DNA of 64,000 nucleotides from Fibrobacteria bacterium (GTDB lineage: Bacteria > Fibrobacterota > Fibrobacteria > UBA11236), in assembly GCA_043745805.1 (NCBI GenBank), contig JAYTSD010000008.1:192001-256000 (forward strand), given 5' to 3'. The translations under genes and the position numbers were made by a program. The first letter of the stretch is position 1, and each line of letters begins with the position of its first letter. Positions 50,718-60,298 of the stretch are shown here, piece by piece. Under the pieces are notes generated by a model. That model worked only from the letters and a program-made list of their open reading frames with translations. It was not told the origin of the DNA and made no database searches.

Positions 50718-51481
50718 CCACCGTCCACAGGTATAACCGCTCCAGTGATATAACTAGAAGCTTCCGAAGCAAGAAAAACGGATACGCCTTTCATATCATC
50801 ATGATAAGCCATTCTTTTAAGTGGAACTTTATTTATATAATTGCTAAGAAATGGTTCTTGTTGATTGTTATAAAATCCCCCAGGCGCTATGCAATTAACG
50901 CGCACGCCACTTTTCGCAAAATATGACGCAAGGTATTTAGTAAACATAATTGTACCGCCCTTAACAAAAGGATAATCAGGTTCCGTTTCGAAATTAGATC
51001 CTTCATAAATTTTCATGTCGGGTGCTACCAAACCATATATCGACGCAATATTAATAATACTACCATGTCCTTGTTGCACCATCGCCTTCCCAAAGGCGCG
51101 ACAAGTGATAAATAATCCCCTCGCGTTGACATCCATGGATCGATCCCAGTTCTCAATGGAATCGTTAAAGAATTTTTTCATAGGTCTTTCATAACCGGAA
51201 TTGATCAGAATATCAGGAATTTTGCATTCAATAGAAATTTTCTCTATTGACTTTAAAACATCCCCTTCATCGCTTTGATCCATACAAAAACCACTAACTT
51301 GAAGATCTTGATTTTGTAATTTTTCAACAGCTTCTTGATAATGTTCTTCTTTTGTAGAAGTGATATAAACTTTAGCACCCGCTTCAGCCAATGCTTCAGC
51401 CATTGGAAATCCTATTTTCCCTGCCCCTCCAATAACCACTGCGCATTGGGATTTAAGAGAAAAAAGTGCATTAGTATGCAT
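50702..51481 (-). CDS. SDR family oxidoreductase (PtmA/ElaC-like)
   Basis: GGAGKIG, NIASIYG, YPFVK (YxxxK), VRVNCIAPGG and VDGGW. Confidence 0.88.
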   Translation of the reverse strand: MHTNALFSLKSQCAVVIGGAGKIGFPMAEALAEAGAKVYITSTKEEHYQEAVEKLQNQDLQVSGFCMDQSDEGDVLKSIEKISIECKIPDILINSGYERPMKKFFNDSIENWDRSMDVNARGLFITCRAFGKAMVQQGHGSIINIASIYGLVAPDMKIYEGSNFETEPDYPFVKGGTIMFTKYLASYFAKSGVRVNCIAPGGFYNNQQEPFLSNYINKVPLKRMAYHDDMKGVSVFLASEASSYITGAVIPVDGGWTII

Positions 51482-51495
51482 ATAAATCCAGTCGT

Positions 51496-52437
51496 CTAAA
51501 TTAAAGGTTGTAAAGTAATAGGCGAAATCTCAACTCCGCCATTTCGCTTTGATATATCGCCAGCTAGTATCACTTTGGCTATTGTAACTATTTCTGCCAA
51601 GGGAATTGGCTGCCTTCTTGTCTCAATCATTTCCGTGAATTTTATCAACATTTGCCTGAAGCTGTAAAAAAAATCAGAGAAAGGAACTGAAAATTTTTCC
51701 GATCCTTCAGAAAAACATGTGAACTGAATCGGCAAAGAAATATTTTTGACGAACTCCAATATCACATTCATTCCCGAAGCGAATTTGATTTGCACAATAT
51801 CATGGTCCACTTCATTATTTAACGAGCGCACCGAAAGTATGTCGAAACCCCAAATACAGGAAATTCCTTCAAAGACATGGTGTCCGTAACGCATCCAATT
51901 TACTCGACTCATGCCATGAATGGATTTAACTTGTGCCCATGGTTTCTGTGCTTTTGCATCGATTAAGTCACGACAAAACCGAATTGGAGAACCCGCCATT
52001 ACGGGATAATCTTCACCCATTAAATCGAGTAATGCATTTAAATCTTTTTCCGTAGCAGCAAGTTGCTTATCAATAAAAATCGGCAAACCTTTTTCTATGA
52101 ATGGCTTTGCCATTTCAAAATGATTTTCTGGATCATCTCTTGCTAAAAGAATACCATCTACGTTACCTATCATGTCCGTGTAATTTTTAACAATATTTGG
52201 AATTAGGCAGACTTTAGCGATGTCTTCTGAAAGCTTAGCATCCTGAGTCCAAACATGAGTTACTTTTGCCCCATCGATGAAAATTTCATTTCTATGATCT
52301 CTCGGAAGATATTCTTTAATCAATCCAAAAGGACATCTTTTATTAAGTTCCACAGGATCATATCCATTGAATATAGCGGAATATGAAAATGGATGTCCAT
52401 TCCCTTCATTCATTCCAATTATACCCAGCTTGATCAT
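51496..52437 (-). CDS. Gfo/Idh/MocA-like oxidoreductase
   Basis: KLGIIGMNEGNGHP, PIFIDK and YGHH. Confidence 0.75.
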   Translation of the reverse strand: MIKLGIIGMNEGNGHPFSYSAIFNGYDPVELNKRCPFGLIKEYLPRDHRNEIFIDGAKVTHVWTQDAKLSEDIAKVCLIPNIVKNYTDMIGNVDGILLARDDPENHFEMAKPFIEKGLPIFIDKQLAATEKDLNALLDLMGEDYPVMAGSPIRFCRDLIDAKAQKPWAQVKSIHGMSRVNWMRYGHHVFEGISCIWGFDILSVRSLNNEVDHDIVQIKFASGMNVILEFVKNISLPIQFTCFSEGSEKFSVPFSDFFYSFRQMLIKFTEMIETRRQPIPLAEIVTIAKVILAGDISKRNGGVEISPITLQPLI

Positions 52438-52443
52438 AATGTC

Positions 52444-52983
52444 TTACTCATTTTTCAAGTATGAATCAGCTAACATGGAAATTATAATTGAATCCCAAAA
52501 ACGTCCCTCATAAAAATAATTCTTCCGTAATAAACCATCTTTTTTTAGCTTTAATTTTTTATAAAGCTCTTTCTTTTTTTCATCGAATTCATAGATCTCC
52601 GTCCATATTTTATTTAAACCCAATTCTTTAAAACCATAATCAAACAGCAACTTACAACTTTCTTCAGCATATCCTTTATCATCGATATACGCATCGTCCG
52701 CGCCTATATATAAAGAGAGATCAGCATGACGATGTACCCAGTTGACATAGACAAAGCCACAGCATCCCAGTAAAACATTATCCGTGATGCGTCGGATGGA
52801 AAACATAACCGTAGTCGGATCCTTCATCACTTTTTCATTAAACCAAGCCTCTTGGTGACTCATATTTAATTCTCGATATTCTCGAAAGTATTTTCGGAAA
52901 TCCGAATTATTGCGCCAATCCCGAAGTTGTTTTAAATCCTCTTTTTCTACCGCTGTCAATCCAACAATTTTTCCCTTAAGCAT
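52444..52983 (-). CDS. GNAT (RimJ/PseH-like) N-acetyltransferase
   Basis: LRDWRN, HQEAWF, YGFKELGLNKI and DGLLRKNYF. Confidence 0.83.
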   Translation of the reverse strand: MLKGKIVGLTAVEKEDLKQLRDWRNNSDFRKYFREYRELNMSHQEAWFNEKVMKDPTTVMFSIRRITDNVLLGCCGFVYVNWVHRHADLSLYIGADDAYIDDKGYAEESCKLLFDYGFKELGLNKIWTEIYEFDEKKKELYKKLKLKKDGLLRKNYFYEGRFWDSIIISMLADSYLKNE

Positions 52984-52985
52984 TC

Positions 52986-54050
52986 CTAGGCATCTTCCTT
53001 TCTTAAATAATCATCTGCATTTACACTTCTCTTAAGCGTTTTGCCTATCCATTTTTTTTTGTCGTATGGCGCGATGCCATTTGCATTTCTGGGTCTAAGG
53101 GGAAAAAGATCTTCTTCAACCAATTCATGTCCTGCGGGTAAATCTTTCGTAAACCAAAGTGAACGCCTTTGAACGACAGATGTATCTACTTCATTCGCCT
53201 CAATTCTTTTTATTCCATCGCCCATAGCCAGAAATATTTCATTCGCACAGGTAACCATCTCTTGCCATGATTTGGGATTCATGGCAAATTTATGATCAGG
53301 GCCTCCACGATCGTTGTCGTCGGTAAAATGTTTTTCAAAAACTTTAGCTCCCAAGGTTACGGCACCAGCTACTGTGGCATGGCCATAAGTATGATCTGAA
53401 AGTCCTAAAATGATATCGGGATATAATTCATGATATAGCTTCAACACATTAAGATTTATGTACTTGAAGTTTTCCATACTTGCGGTGTAGTTGGTGTTGC
53501 ATTGCATGAGTACTACCTCTTTGGTTTTTTGCAAAAGAACATCCATTGCCAACGTTACCTCTTCGAAAGAAGAAGCTCCTGTTGCCATTAAAACCGGCTT
53601 ACCTTTGCTCGCAACATAATCAATAATTTCATGCCAGGTAATATCCCCAGATCCAATTTTATATACGTTAACATAGGGGTCAACATGATCCACCGATTCA
53701 AAATCATAGGGGCTGGAAAAATATTCGATGCCGACTTCATCGCATTTTTCTTTTAATTTTGAAGTCCAATCCATTGAAATACTTGCATCTTCATAAACTT
53801 CAAAAACCGATTTTTTCCAGGCATCTTGATGACTTGATATACTTTGCAAAGAATCAAATCCCGTTTTACTCACAATTTTACCTGCTTTAAAGTTTTGAAA
53901 TTTTGCAGCGTCAGCACCGGAAGCTTTTGCCAATTCAATTAATTTGTAAGCCCGTTCCAAATCTCCATCATGATTGGCCGCAATATCTGCTATGAAATAC
54001 AAGGGGCTATCATCGCCAATTGTTTTGTTTCCAATTTTTATTTTACACAT
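52986..54050 (-). CDS. NeuB/PseI family nonulosonic acid synthase with SAF domain
   Basis: IADIAANHDGD, AKFQ, KIGSGD, GLSDHT, EKHFT, PDH and RRSL. Confidence 0.93.
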   Translation of the reverse strand: MCKIKIGNKTIGDDSPLYFIADIAANHDGDLERAYKLIELAKASGADAAKFQNFKAGKIVSKTGFDSLQSISSHQDAWKKSVFEVYEDASISMDWTSKLKEKCDEVGIEYFSSPYDFESVDHVDPYVNVYKIGSGDITWHEIIDYVASKGKPVLMATGASSFEEVTLAMDVLLQKTKEVVLMQCNTNYTASMENFKYINLNVLKLYHELYPDIILGLSDHTYGHATVAGAVTLGAKVFEKHFTDDNDRGGPDHKFAMNPKSWQEMVTCANEIFLAMGDGIKRIEANEVDTSVVQRRSLWFTKDLPAGHELVEEDLFPLRPRNANGIAPYDKKKWIGKTLKRSVNADDYLRKEDA

Positions 54051-54930
54051 AATTTAAAGTTTTAAATTTTTGAGTTAAAATATCGATAGTATCAAAGACA
54101 TTCGGAAGCTTACGCTGAGACATTGATTCATACAAAGTTGAATCCAAGGTTTGATCCTTGGATCGTCCCGCCCTTAGGGGGAAATCACCAATACTGGCTT
54201 TACGAATCAAAGCAGTATTCAATCCTAAATTTTTGCAGAGTTTAAATCCGAAATCATATTTTGAGATAGGCTCAATCCCAGTAACATGAAAAACACCTTT
54301 CACTGGATTATCGATAATCCATTTCAGCTCTTCAGCTAAATGCCAAATGGCAATTGGAGTAAAAATTACGTCACAAAATAAATCGATTGCTTTATCTTGA
54401 ACTAGAGTATTAATAATCCATTCCGTAAATGATTGCTTGCTTGGATTTAAATTACGCCCCACAATAGTTGTGCGTATCGCACAATGCGCTCCTTCAGTTT
54501 CCTTTATAAAATGCTCTCCCAATACTTTTGATTTTCCATAAATATTATTGGGCGACGGCGGTTCAAGCTCCGTTGCTAAATATTTTTCATCAGCAAACAC
54601 GGCATCCGATGAGATATAAATGATTCGTGCTTTGGGCGCATAGTCCATAAATTTTTTCACCGAATATCCATTTACGCAGAGTGTATGGTCTTTTTCCTCT
54701 TCACACAGATTAACATTTATTATGGCCGCACAATGAATAATGACATCTGGTTTCGCCCAATCAATTAATTCCCCAAAGGACTCCTCCGCAAGATCGAATT
54801 CCTTAAAGTTTTTAGCTTTATTATTTCGGAAATCATAATTCCCCGTGGCATAAATATTCATGAATTCTTGATAATGTTCCACTAAAGTGGCTCCCAACAT
54901 ACCAGAGGCACCTGTTATAAGAACTCTCAA
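54043..54930 (-). CDS. RmlD-like NDP-4-keto-6-deoxyhexose reductase
   Basis: ITGASGMLG, HCAA, YISSDAVF and YGKSK; TTG start. Confidence 0.87.
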   Translation of the reverse strand: MRVLITGASGMLGATLVEHYQEFMNIYATGNYDFRNNKAKNFKEFDLAEESFGELIDWAKPDVIIHCAAIINVNLCEEEKDHTLCVNGYSVKKFMDYAPKARIIYISSDAVFADEKYLATELEPPSPNNIYGKSKVLGEHFIKETEGAHCAIRTTIVGRNLNPSKQSFTEWIINTLVQDKAIDLFCDVIFTPIAIWHLAEELKWIIDNPVKGVFHVTGIEPISKYDFGFKLCKNLGLNTALIRKASIGDFPLRAGRSKDQTLDSTLYESMSQRKLPNVFDTIDILTQKFKTLNYV

Positions 54931-55174
54931 AATATCCTCATACTCTCAACCTCAATAAATTACGGTAAAGGAAAATAAATGCCTTTATGCTTTTTTAGAA
55001 TATCACTTACAACGCTAAAAGATCAACTCAAGATAAATACATGGTTTACCATTAAAGCTGTTTTATAGACTCCGTAATATTCATTTCTTGTGGAGTTTTA
55101 GCTTTAGGAATACCTGTAATTATGCATCAAGTATAGAGTAAACAAATCCGATAATTAAATAAATAGATGCGTAG

Positions 55175-55204
55175 AAAGTAAAGCTTAAAGTAAAGCTTAA
55201 AGTA
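55175..55204 (+). repeat. 12-bp tandem repeat (AAAGTAAAGCTT x2.5)
   Basis: Seen directly in the divergent intergenic region. Confidence 0.75.
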
Positions 55205-55280
55205 GTACAAATACTTGCGCAATGGTTGCTTAAATGTTACTCTGAACAAACCTGAAATATATTAATCCAAGGAAAGTATT

Positions 55281-56369
55281 ATGAATCTCGATAATAAATC
55301 CATACTTGTTACCGGTGGAACTGGCTCTTTTGGACAAAAATTTATTCGTATGACCTTGGAAAAATTTACCCCGAAACGTTTGATTGTTTATTCTCGCGAC
55401 GAAATGAAACAATGGGATATGGCCAATCAATTTAAAGACCACCCTAAAAAAGATTTGATTCGTTTTTTTATTGGTGATATACGCGATAAATCTCGTTTAC
55501 ATCGCGCCTTAAGCGGAATAGATTATGTTATCCATGCTGCTGCCTTAAAAATTGTACCTGCTGCTGAATATAATCCTTTTGAATTCATCAAAACCAATGT
55601 TGAAGGTGCGATGAACATTATAGACGCGAGCATTGACCAAAAAGTAAAAAGAGTTATTGCTTTGAGTACGGATAAGGCTTGCAATCCAATCAACCTTTAT
55701 GGTGCAAGCAAACTTTGTTCGGATAAATTATTTGTTGCCGGAAATGCATATAGTGGAACGAACGATACCCGATTTGCTGTTGTACGTTATGGAAATGTAA
55801 TGGGAAGCCGCGGTTCCATTATACCTTTATTTAAATCCTTAGCCCCTAGTGGTGAAATTCCTGTAACGGATCCTCGCATGACTCGTTTTATGATAACGTT
55901 AGAACAAGGTGTGGAATTGGTATGGCATGCTTTATCCGATGCTATCGGTGGCGAAATTTATGTACGTAAAATTCCATCCATGAAATTACCTGACATTGCC
56001 AAAGCAATTGCTCCCGATGCAAAAATCAAATACATTGGCATAAGGCCAGGTGAAAAACTTCATGAACAAATGATAAGCGTAGAAGATTCGGCGCATTCAT
56101 ATGAATACGAAACTTATTACAAAATTTTGCCTTCTATCAATGGTTGGGATGCCGATCCAAAACGTATTAGAAAAGGACGTAAATGTCCCGAAGGATTTTC
56201 TTATTCTAGTGAAACCAATACCGATTGGTTAAGTGCCAAAGCTTTACAAAATTGGTTAAACCAAGAATATGAAAACTCTGATTTGAAACCAATCAATAAA
56301 CCAGAAAAGGTTGATTGGCAAGCCATTCCGGCATTAGCACACGGCCATAAAATCCCCATACTTCAGTAA
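55281..56369 (+). CDS. pseB: UDP-N-acetylglucosamine 4,6-dehydratase (inverting)
   Basis: TGGTGSFG, SRDEMKQ, AEYNPFE, LSTDKA, YGASK, RYGNV and GIRPGEKLHE. Confidence 0.92.
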   Translation: MNLDNKSILVTGGTGSFGQKFIRMTLEKFTPKRLIVYSRDEMKQWDMANQFKDHPKKDLIRFFIGDIRDKSRLHRALSGIDYVIHAAALKIVPAAEYNPFEFIKTNVEGAMNIIDASIDQKVKRVIALSTDKACNPINLYGASKLCSDKLFVAGNAYSGTNDTRFAVVRYGNVMGSRGSIIPLFKSLAPSGEIPVTDPRMTRFMITLEQGVELVWHALSDAIGGEIYVRKIPSMKLPDIAKAIAPDAKIKYIGIRPGEKLHEQMISVEDSAHSYEYETYYKILPSINGWDADPKRIRKGRKCPEGFSYSSETNTDWLSAKALQNWLNQEYENSDLKPINKPEKVDWQAIPALAHGHKIPILQ

Positions 56370-56644
56370 AGCAAAAATTATAGCTATTTTTATTTGCGAA
56401 GTAGATTTAAATCTATTTCTTTCAACCTATGTCTCTCTAACTCACAAAAAGATGAAAATTAAAATGCCCATTGGATATATCAATTGCCCATGCTCAAATT
56501 GAGGTTTAATCGGCTCAATTAAATTGAAGATTGCTAATTTTCCTACCAAAATACCTTTCCCCATTTACATCGAAAAATAGTTTTGTACGCTCAGTTTTAT
56601 TACTTTAAAAAAAAACAGTTTTTCCTCTATCCTTGAAGTACTAA

Positions 56645-57826
56645 ATGGCCAACTATCCTTCCCTTGCACTCAAACCTGAACGCAGCAAAAATGTCATCGC
56701 AGGTCATCCTTGGATTTTTTCCGGAGCTTTATCGCAAAAGCCCAATATTGATGACGGAAGTTTGGTAAAAATTATTGATGGGAAAAATTTCCTCGGTATT
56801 GGCTATTACAATTCCAATACTGATATCGCCGTGCGCATGCTGACACGCAAAGACGAAGAAATTGATGTACAATTTTTCATCGAACGTATCACGCAAATAA
56901 AAATCCAAAAAGAAATTTGGTTACCCACAAATACCAACGCTTATCGCGTAATTTTTGGAGAAGCCGATGGATTACCAGGTCTAGTGGTAGATAAATATGC
57001 CAACGTTTTAGTGGTGCAACTGCATACCTTGGGCATGAATGTGTTAAAAACACAAATTGTCGAGGCTTTAATTGAAGTTTACAAACCGTTATCAATTGTT
57101 GAACGCAGCGATATTGCTGTGCGCAAATACGAAGGCCTAACCGATCAACCTATAGGTAACTTATATGGTACCGAAACACCAGAAGTCGAGATTTTGGAAA
57201 ACGGTTTTAAATTTATTGTTCCCGTACTAACCGGACAAAAAACCGGATTCTTTTTGGATCAACGTGAAAACCGTGCGGCCTTACAAAAATATATTGCTGG
57301 CCGAAGCCTACTCAATGCATTCTCCTATTCTGGAGGCTTCTCGGTATATGCGGCCAAGCTTGCGAAAGAAGTGGTAAGTGTCGATGTATCGGCACCAGCC
57401 ATGGAATATGCTCGGAAAAATTTTGCATTAAATCATATTCCCTTAGACCCGCATGGCTTTGTTCTTGAAGATGTTTTCGATCATTTGAAGAATTTACCAG
57501 TAGGTAAACATGATGCAATTTTACTCGATCCGCCTTCATTTGCGAAAAGCAAACATCAAGTGCCAGGCGCCATCAAAGCCTATATAACGCTTAATTCGCA
57601 GGCTTTAATGAAACTGCCAGATTATGGACTCCTAATCAGCTCATCTTGCACGACACATGTAGACCCCTACACCTTTATTAAAATACTGCATCAAAGCGCC
57701 GCCGAAGCACGCTGTACAATCAAGCTACTCGAAGCACGCGAACAACCGTTTGATCATCCTTATAATTTGGCGTTTCCCGAGGGACGCTATCTAAAGTTTT
57801 ATATCTTACAGAAATGGCCTCTGTAA
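56645..57826 (+). CDS. rlmI: 23S rRNA m5C1962 methyltransferase family (PUA plus SAM MTase)
   Basis: GHPWIFS, EADGLPGLVVD, GQKTGFFLDQRENR and DPPSF. Confidence 0.88.
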   Translation: MANYPSLALKPERSKNVIAGHPWIFSGALSQKPNIDDGSLVKIIDGKNFLGIGYYNSNTDIAVRMLTRKDEEIDVQFFIERITQIKIQKEIWLPTNTNAYRVIFGEADGLPGLVVDKYANVLVVQLHTLGMNVLKTQIVEALIEVYKPLSIVERSDIAVRKYEGLTDQPIGNLYGTETPEVEILENGFKFIVPVLTGQKTGFFLDQRENRAALQKYIAGRSLLNAFSYSGGFSVYAAKLAKEVVSVDVSAPAMEYARKNFALNHIPLDPHGFVLEDVFDHLKNLPVGKHDAILLDPPSFAKSKHQVPGAIKAYITLNSQALMKLPDYGLLISSSCTTHVDPYTFIKILHQSAAEARCTIKLLEAREQPFDHPYNLAFPEGRYLKFYILQKWPL

Positions 57827-57930
57827 AACAATGCTTTACCCTCAAAATATATCAACTCATTTATTTTTTCTTCAGCCTGCTTGTGGGACTGAAACGGAAA
57901 ATATTTTTTATTAAACAGGAGATTAACCCT

Positions 57931-58386
57931 ATGCTAGAAATCGGAACCACCTTTCCTATTGAAAAACTCAGCGATGCCAAAGGTCCCATTGCCTTGAATC
58001 AAAGCGCTTATACGGTAGTGTATTTTTACCCTCAAGACGACACTCCCGGATGCACCATTGAAGCCAATGAATTTCAAAGATTAAAAGCAACTTATGATCA
58101 ACGCTTAATCCGCATCCTAGGCGTTAGCGTAGATAATACAGAATCCCATAATGCTTTCTGCGAAAAATTTTCTTTAGCCTTTGAATTAGCTACGGATAAA
58201 AATGGAGTAGTGGGTCAAGAATTCGGAATTATGAAAGGCAATGTTCACATGCGTGTTACTATTGTTTTAGATGCTGGTGCAAAAATTATTTTGGCTTATC
58301 AGAATGTACGTCCTACTGGTCATGCACAACAAATTCTTTCGGATATTGAAAAGCTTGCTGCATTAACTGACGTAAGTGTATTGTAA
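57931..58386 (+). CDS. bcp: BCP/PrxQ peroxiredoxin
   Basis: YFYPQDDTPGCT (PxxxTxxC); AGGAG RBS before ATG at 57931. Confidence 0.9.
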   Translation: MLEIGTTFPIEKLSDAKGPIALNQSAYTVVYFYPQDDTPGCTIEANEFQRLKATYDQRLIRILGVSVDNTESHNAFCEKFSLAFELATDKNGVVGQEFGIMKGNVHMRVTIVLDAGAKIILAYQNVRPTGHAQQILSDIEKLAALTDVSVL

Positions 58387-58462
58387 GCTTTGAATATTAA
58401 GGTTTATCTAAAATATTTTAATCAGCTTACCATAAAAATAAAATATGCATTTTAGTCATTAG

Positions 58463-58493
58463 CCTTGGCGGTGCCTCACCGAATAAGGTTTTT
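58463..58493 (+). terminator. Possible intrinsic terminator after bcp
   Basis: CCTT..CGGTG-CCT-CACCG..AAGG followed by TTTTT. Confidence 0.4.
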
Positions 58494-58524
58494 GCAAAAA
58501 CTTATTTTCCGATTTTGGTCTCTT

Positions 58525-60075
58525 TTAGAATACAATTTTTGCAAAATTGTTGCTCTTCAATGTCTGTATAGACACAAATAAAACTCCGGATAATTTATTT
58601 GTTATATGCCTTAAATCGTATTCCTTATTTGTTTGAGTATTTTCTTCAAATTTAATGTTACCTTGAATATCCCTAATCATTAAACGATACGGTTCCTTGT
58701 ACGTTACCAATAGCTTGTGGCCTATAAGCGAGAAAAGGGATGGAGAAAACAATTGGGTTCTTGTACTGCTGACTGCTCTTTGACAATCTCCAGCATACTC
58801 GATACGTAACAAGGATGTTTCTAAAGTGGAACCTAAAAACCCAGCATAATTAACCAAGTATAAAGCGCCATCAGGGCCAAATAGTAAATCGATTGGATTC
58901 TTTAATTTGAAATTAGGAAAGGAATGTCCACGTGTACTTAAAAGTCCAGATGACAAAACGGCAAGAGTATCAAGCTGTCCCGTATTAAAATCCGTTAAAA
59001 ACCAGAGCGCATCAAATTGAGGTGGAAATTTGATAGAAGAGGCCGCATAATCATCATAACGGTATACTGGGCCAGCGATAGGGCAGTTTTGACCCACCGA
59101 CAAGGTAGCAGCAATTGCTGGAGGAAGGCTTATATTTCCTTTTATGCTATCCATTAAAATGGGATGAAGTGGATCCTCACCTGCTTTTAAAACCGTGTTT
59201 GGGCCACTAAAATATGGCCATCCATAATTCCCAGCCTTATCAGATAAATTATATTCGTCGGTAATTGCGGATCCATTATCCAATCCATAATCGGCCCATG
59301 CAGCCTTCTCGGTACGCGAGTCAAAATTTATAGTATAGGGATTGTAAACTCCCATAGCGTAAATTTCAGCACGTGTTTTTGAAGTGTCGGCATTAGGGAA
59401 AAGATTTCCAGCCGGTATCGAATAGCTGCCATTTGCTAAGGGATGTATACGCAAAATCTTCCCTAATAAATTGTGTGGATCCGCGGAGGAATTATTGAAT
59501 TTATAATTTGTTCCTTGGGATATTTTTCCATCGCCCACAGTAATCCAAAGATCTTCCTTTGCATCGAAACGCATCCCACCACCAGTAATATATAGAGTAG
59601 GTGTTTTTATAATAAATAAAATATGTTCAGAACTGCTATCCAAATAATTATTTACAATGGTGAAACGAGAAATGTGCTGAGTATAATTAAGTTCATTGGA
59701 AGGCGTGTAATACAAGTAGATAAATCCGTTTTCATGAAAATTTGGGTCTAATGCAAGTCCAAGCAAACCCATCTCCCCCTCTGTTTTAACATTAAGTGAG
59801 CCTATGGTATAAACTGAATTTGTAGCAGCGCGGTAACAACGAAGCTTCCCCTTTCGCTCAGTGAAATAAACATCGACCCCTGCAGCGGAGCGAATTAAAT
59901 CCAAATGGGTAGGTTCGTCCAAACCATCGTTCGAAACACCCGCTAAGATAGTCTCATGAAAATCGGTATCGACCAAGGTGCGGCAACCAATTGGATTAGG
60001 TGCTGCATTTGAAATTTGCGGCAAATAGAGAAGTACGGAAAAAACCAAGGCTAGCTTGCAGCAATCGTATTTCAT
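58525..60075 (-). CDS. Secreted PQQ-dependent sugar dehydrogenase-like (GSDH) beta-propeller with T9SS-like C-terminal domain
   Basis: Signal peptide; EMGLLGLALDPNF, GKILRI, GNYGWP and FGPDGALY; CTD-like tail IRDIQG...SGVLFV. Confidence 0.82.
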   Translation of the reverse strand: MKYDCCKLALVFSVLLYLPQISNAAPNPIGCRTLVDTDFHETILAGVSNDGLDEPTHLDLIRSAAGVDVYFTERKGKLRCYRAATNSVYTIGSLNVKTEGEMGLLGLALDPNFHENGFIYLYYTPSNELNYTQHISRFTIVNNYLDSSSEHILFIIKTPTLYITGGGMRFDAKEDLWITVGDGKISQGTNYKFNNSSADPHNLLGKILRIHPLANGSYSIPAGNLFPNADTSKTRAEIYAMGVYNPYTINFDSRTEKAAWADYGLDNGSAITDEYNLSDKAGNYGWPYFSGPNTVLKAGEDPLHPILMDSIKGNISLPPAIAATLSVGQNCPIAGPVYRYDDYAASSIKFPPQFDALWFLTDFNTGQLDTLAVLSSGLLSTRGHSFPNFKLKNPIDLLFGPDGALYLVNYAGFLGSTLETSLLRIEYAGDCQRAVSSTRTQLFSPSLFSLIGHKLLVTYKEPYRLMIRDIQGNIKFEENTQTNKEYDLRHITNKLSGVLFVSIQTLKSNNFAKIVF

Positions 60076-60298
60076 AGTAAGTCCTTTTTAGTCTCAAATG
60101 ACTTCTTAAATTTGCTCTCGAATACATTTTTATGCTGCTAAAATTAAATCTTGATGAGGATTTTTTGTCCTCACCTAGAATAAGGTTAATGCCTTTGACT
60201 AAAGGATCGATTTTACGCGTCGAAAACTTTCAATCGTGTAGACATAACTTGAAGCAGTTTTTCTGTATGTTCTTGGGGTAAAAAACTATGCTCATTAT

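Noticed and set aside
52986-54050. Calling the synthase pseI and the locus a standard pseudaminic acid cluster
   Set aside because: pseC and pseG are absent from the window and the active-site motif is atypical
54043-54930. rmlD of a dTDP-rhamnose pathway
   Set aside because: No rmlA/B/C nearby and it is coupled to neuB, so the symbol was withheld
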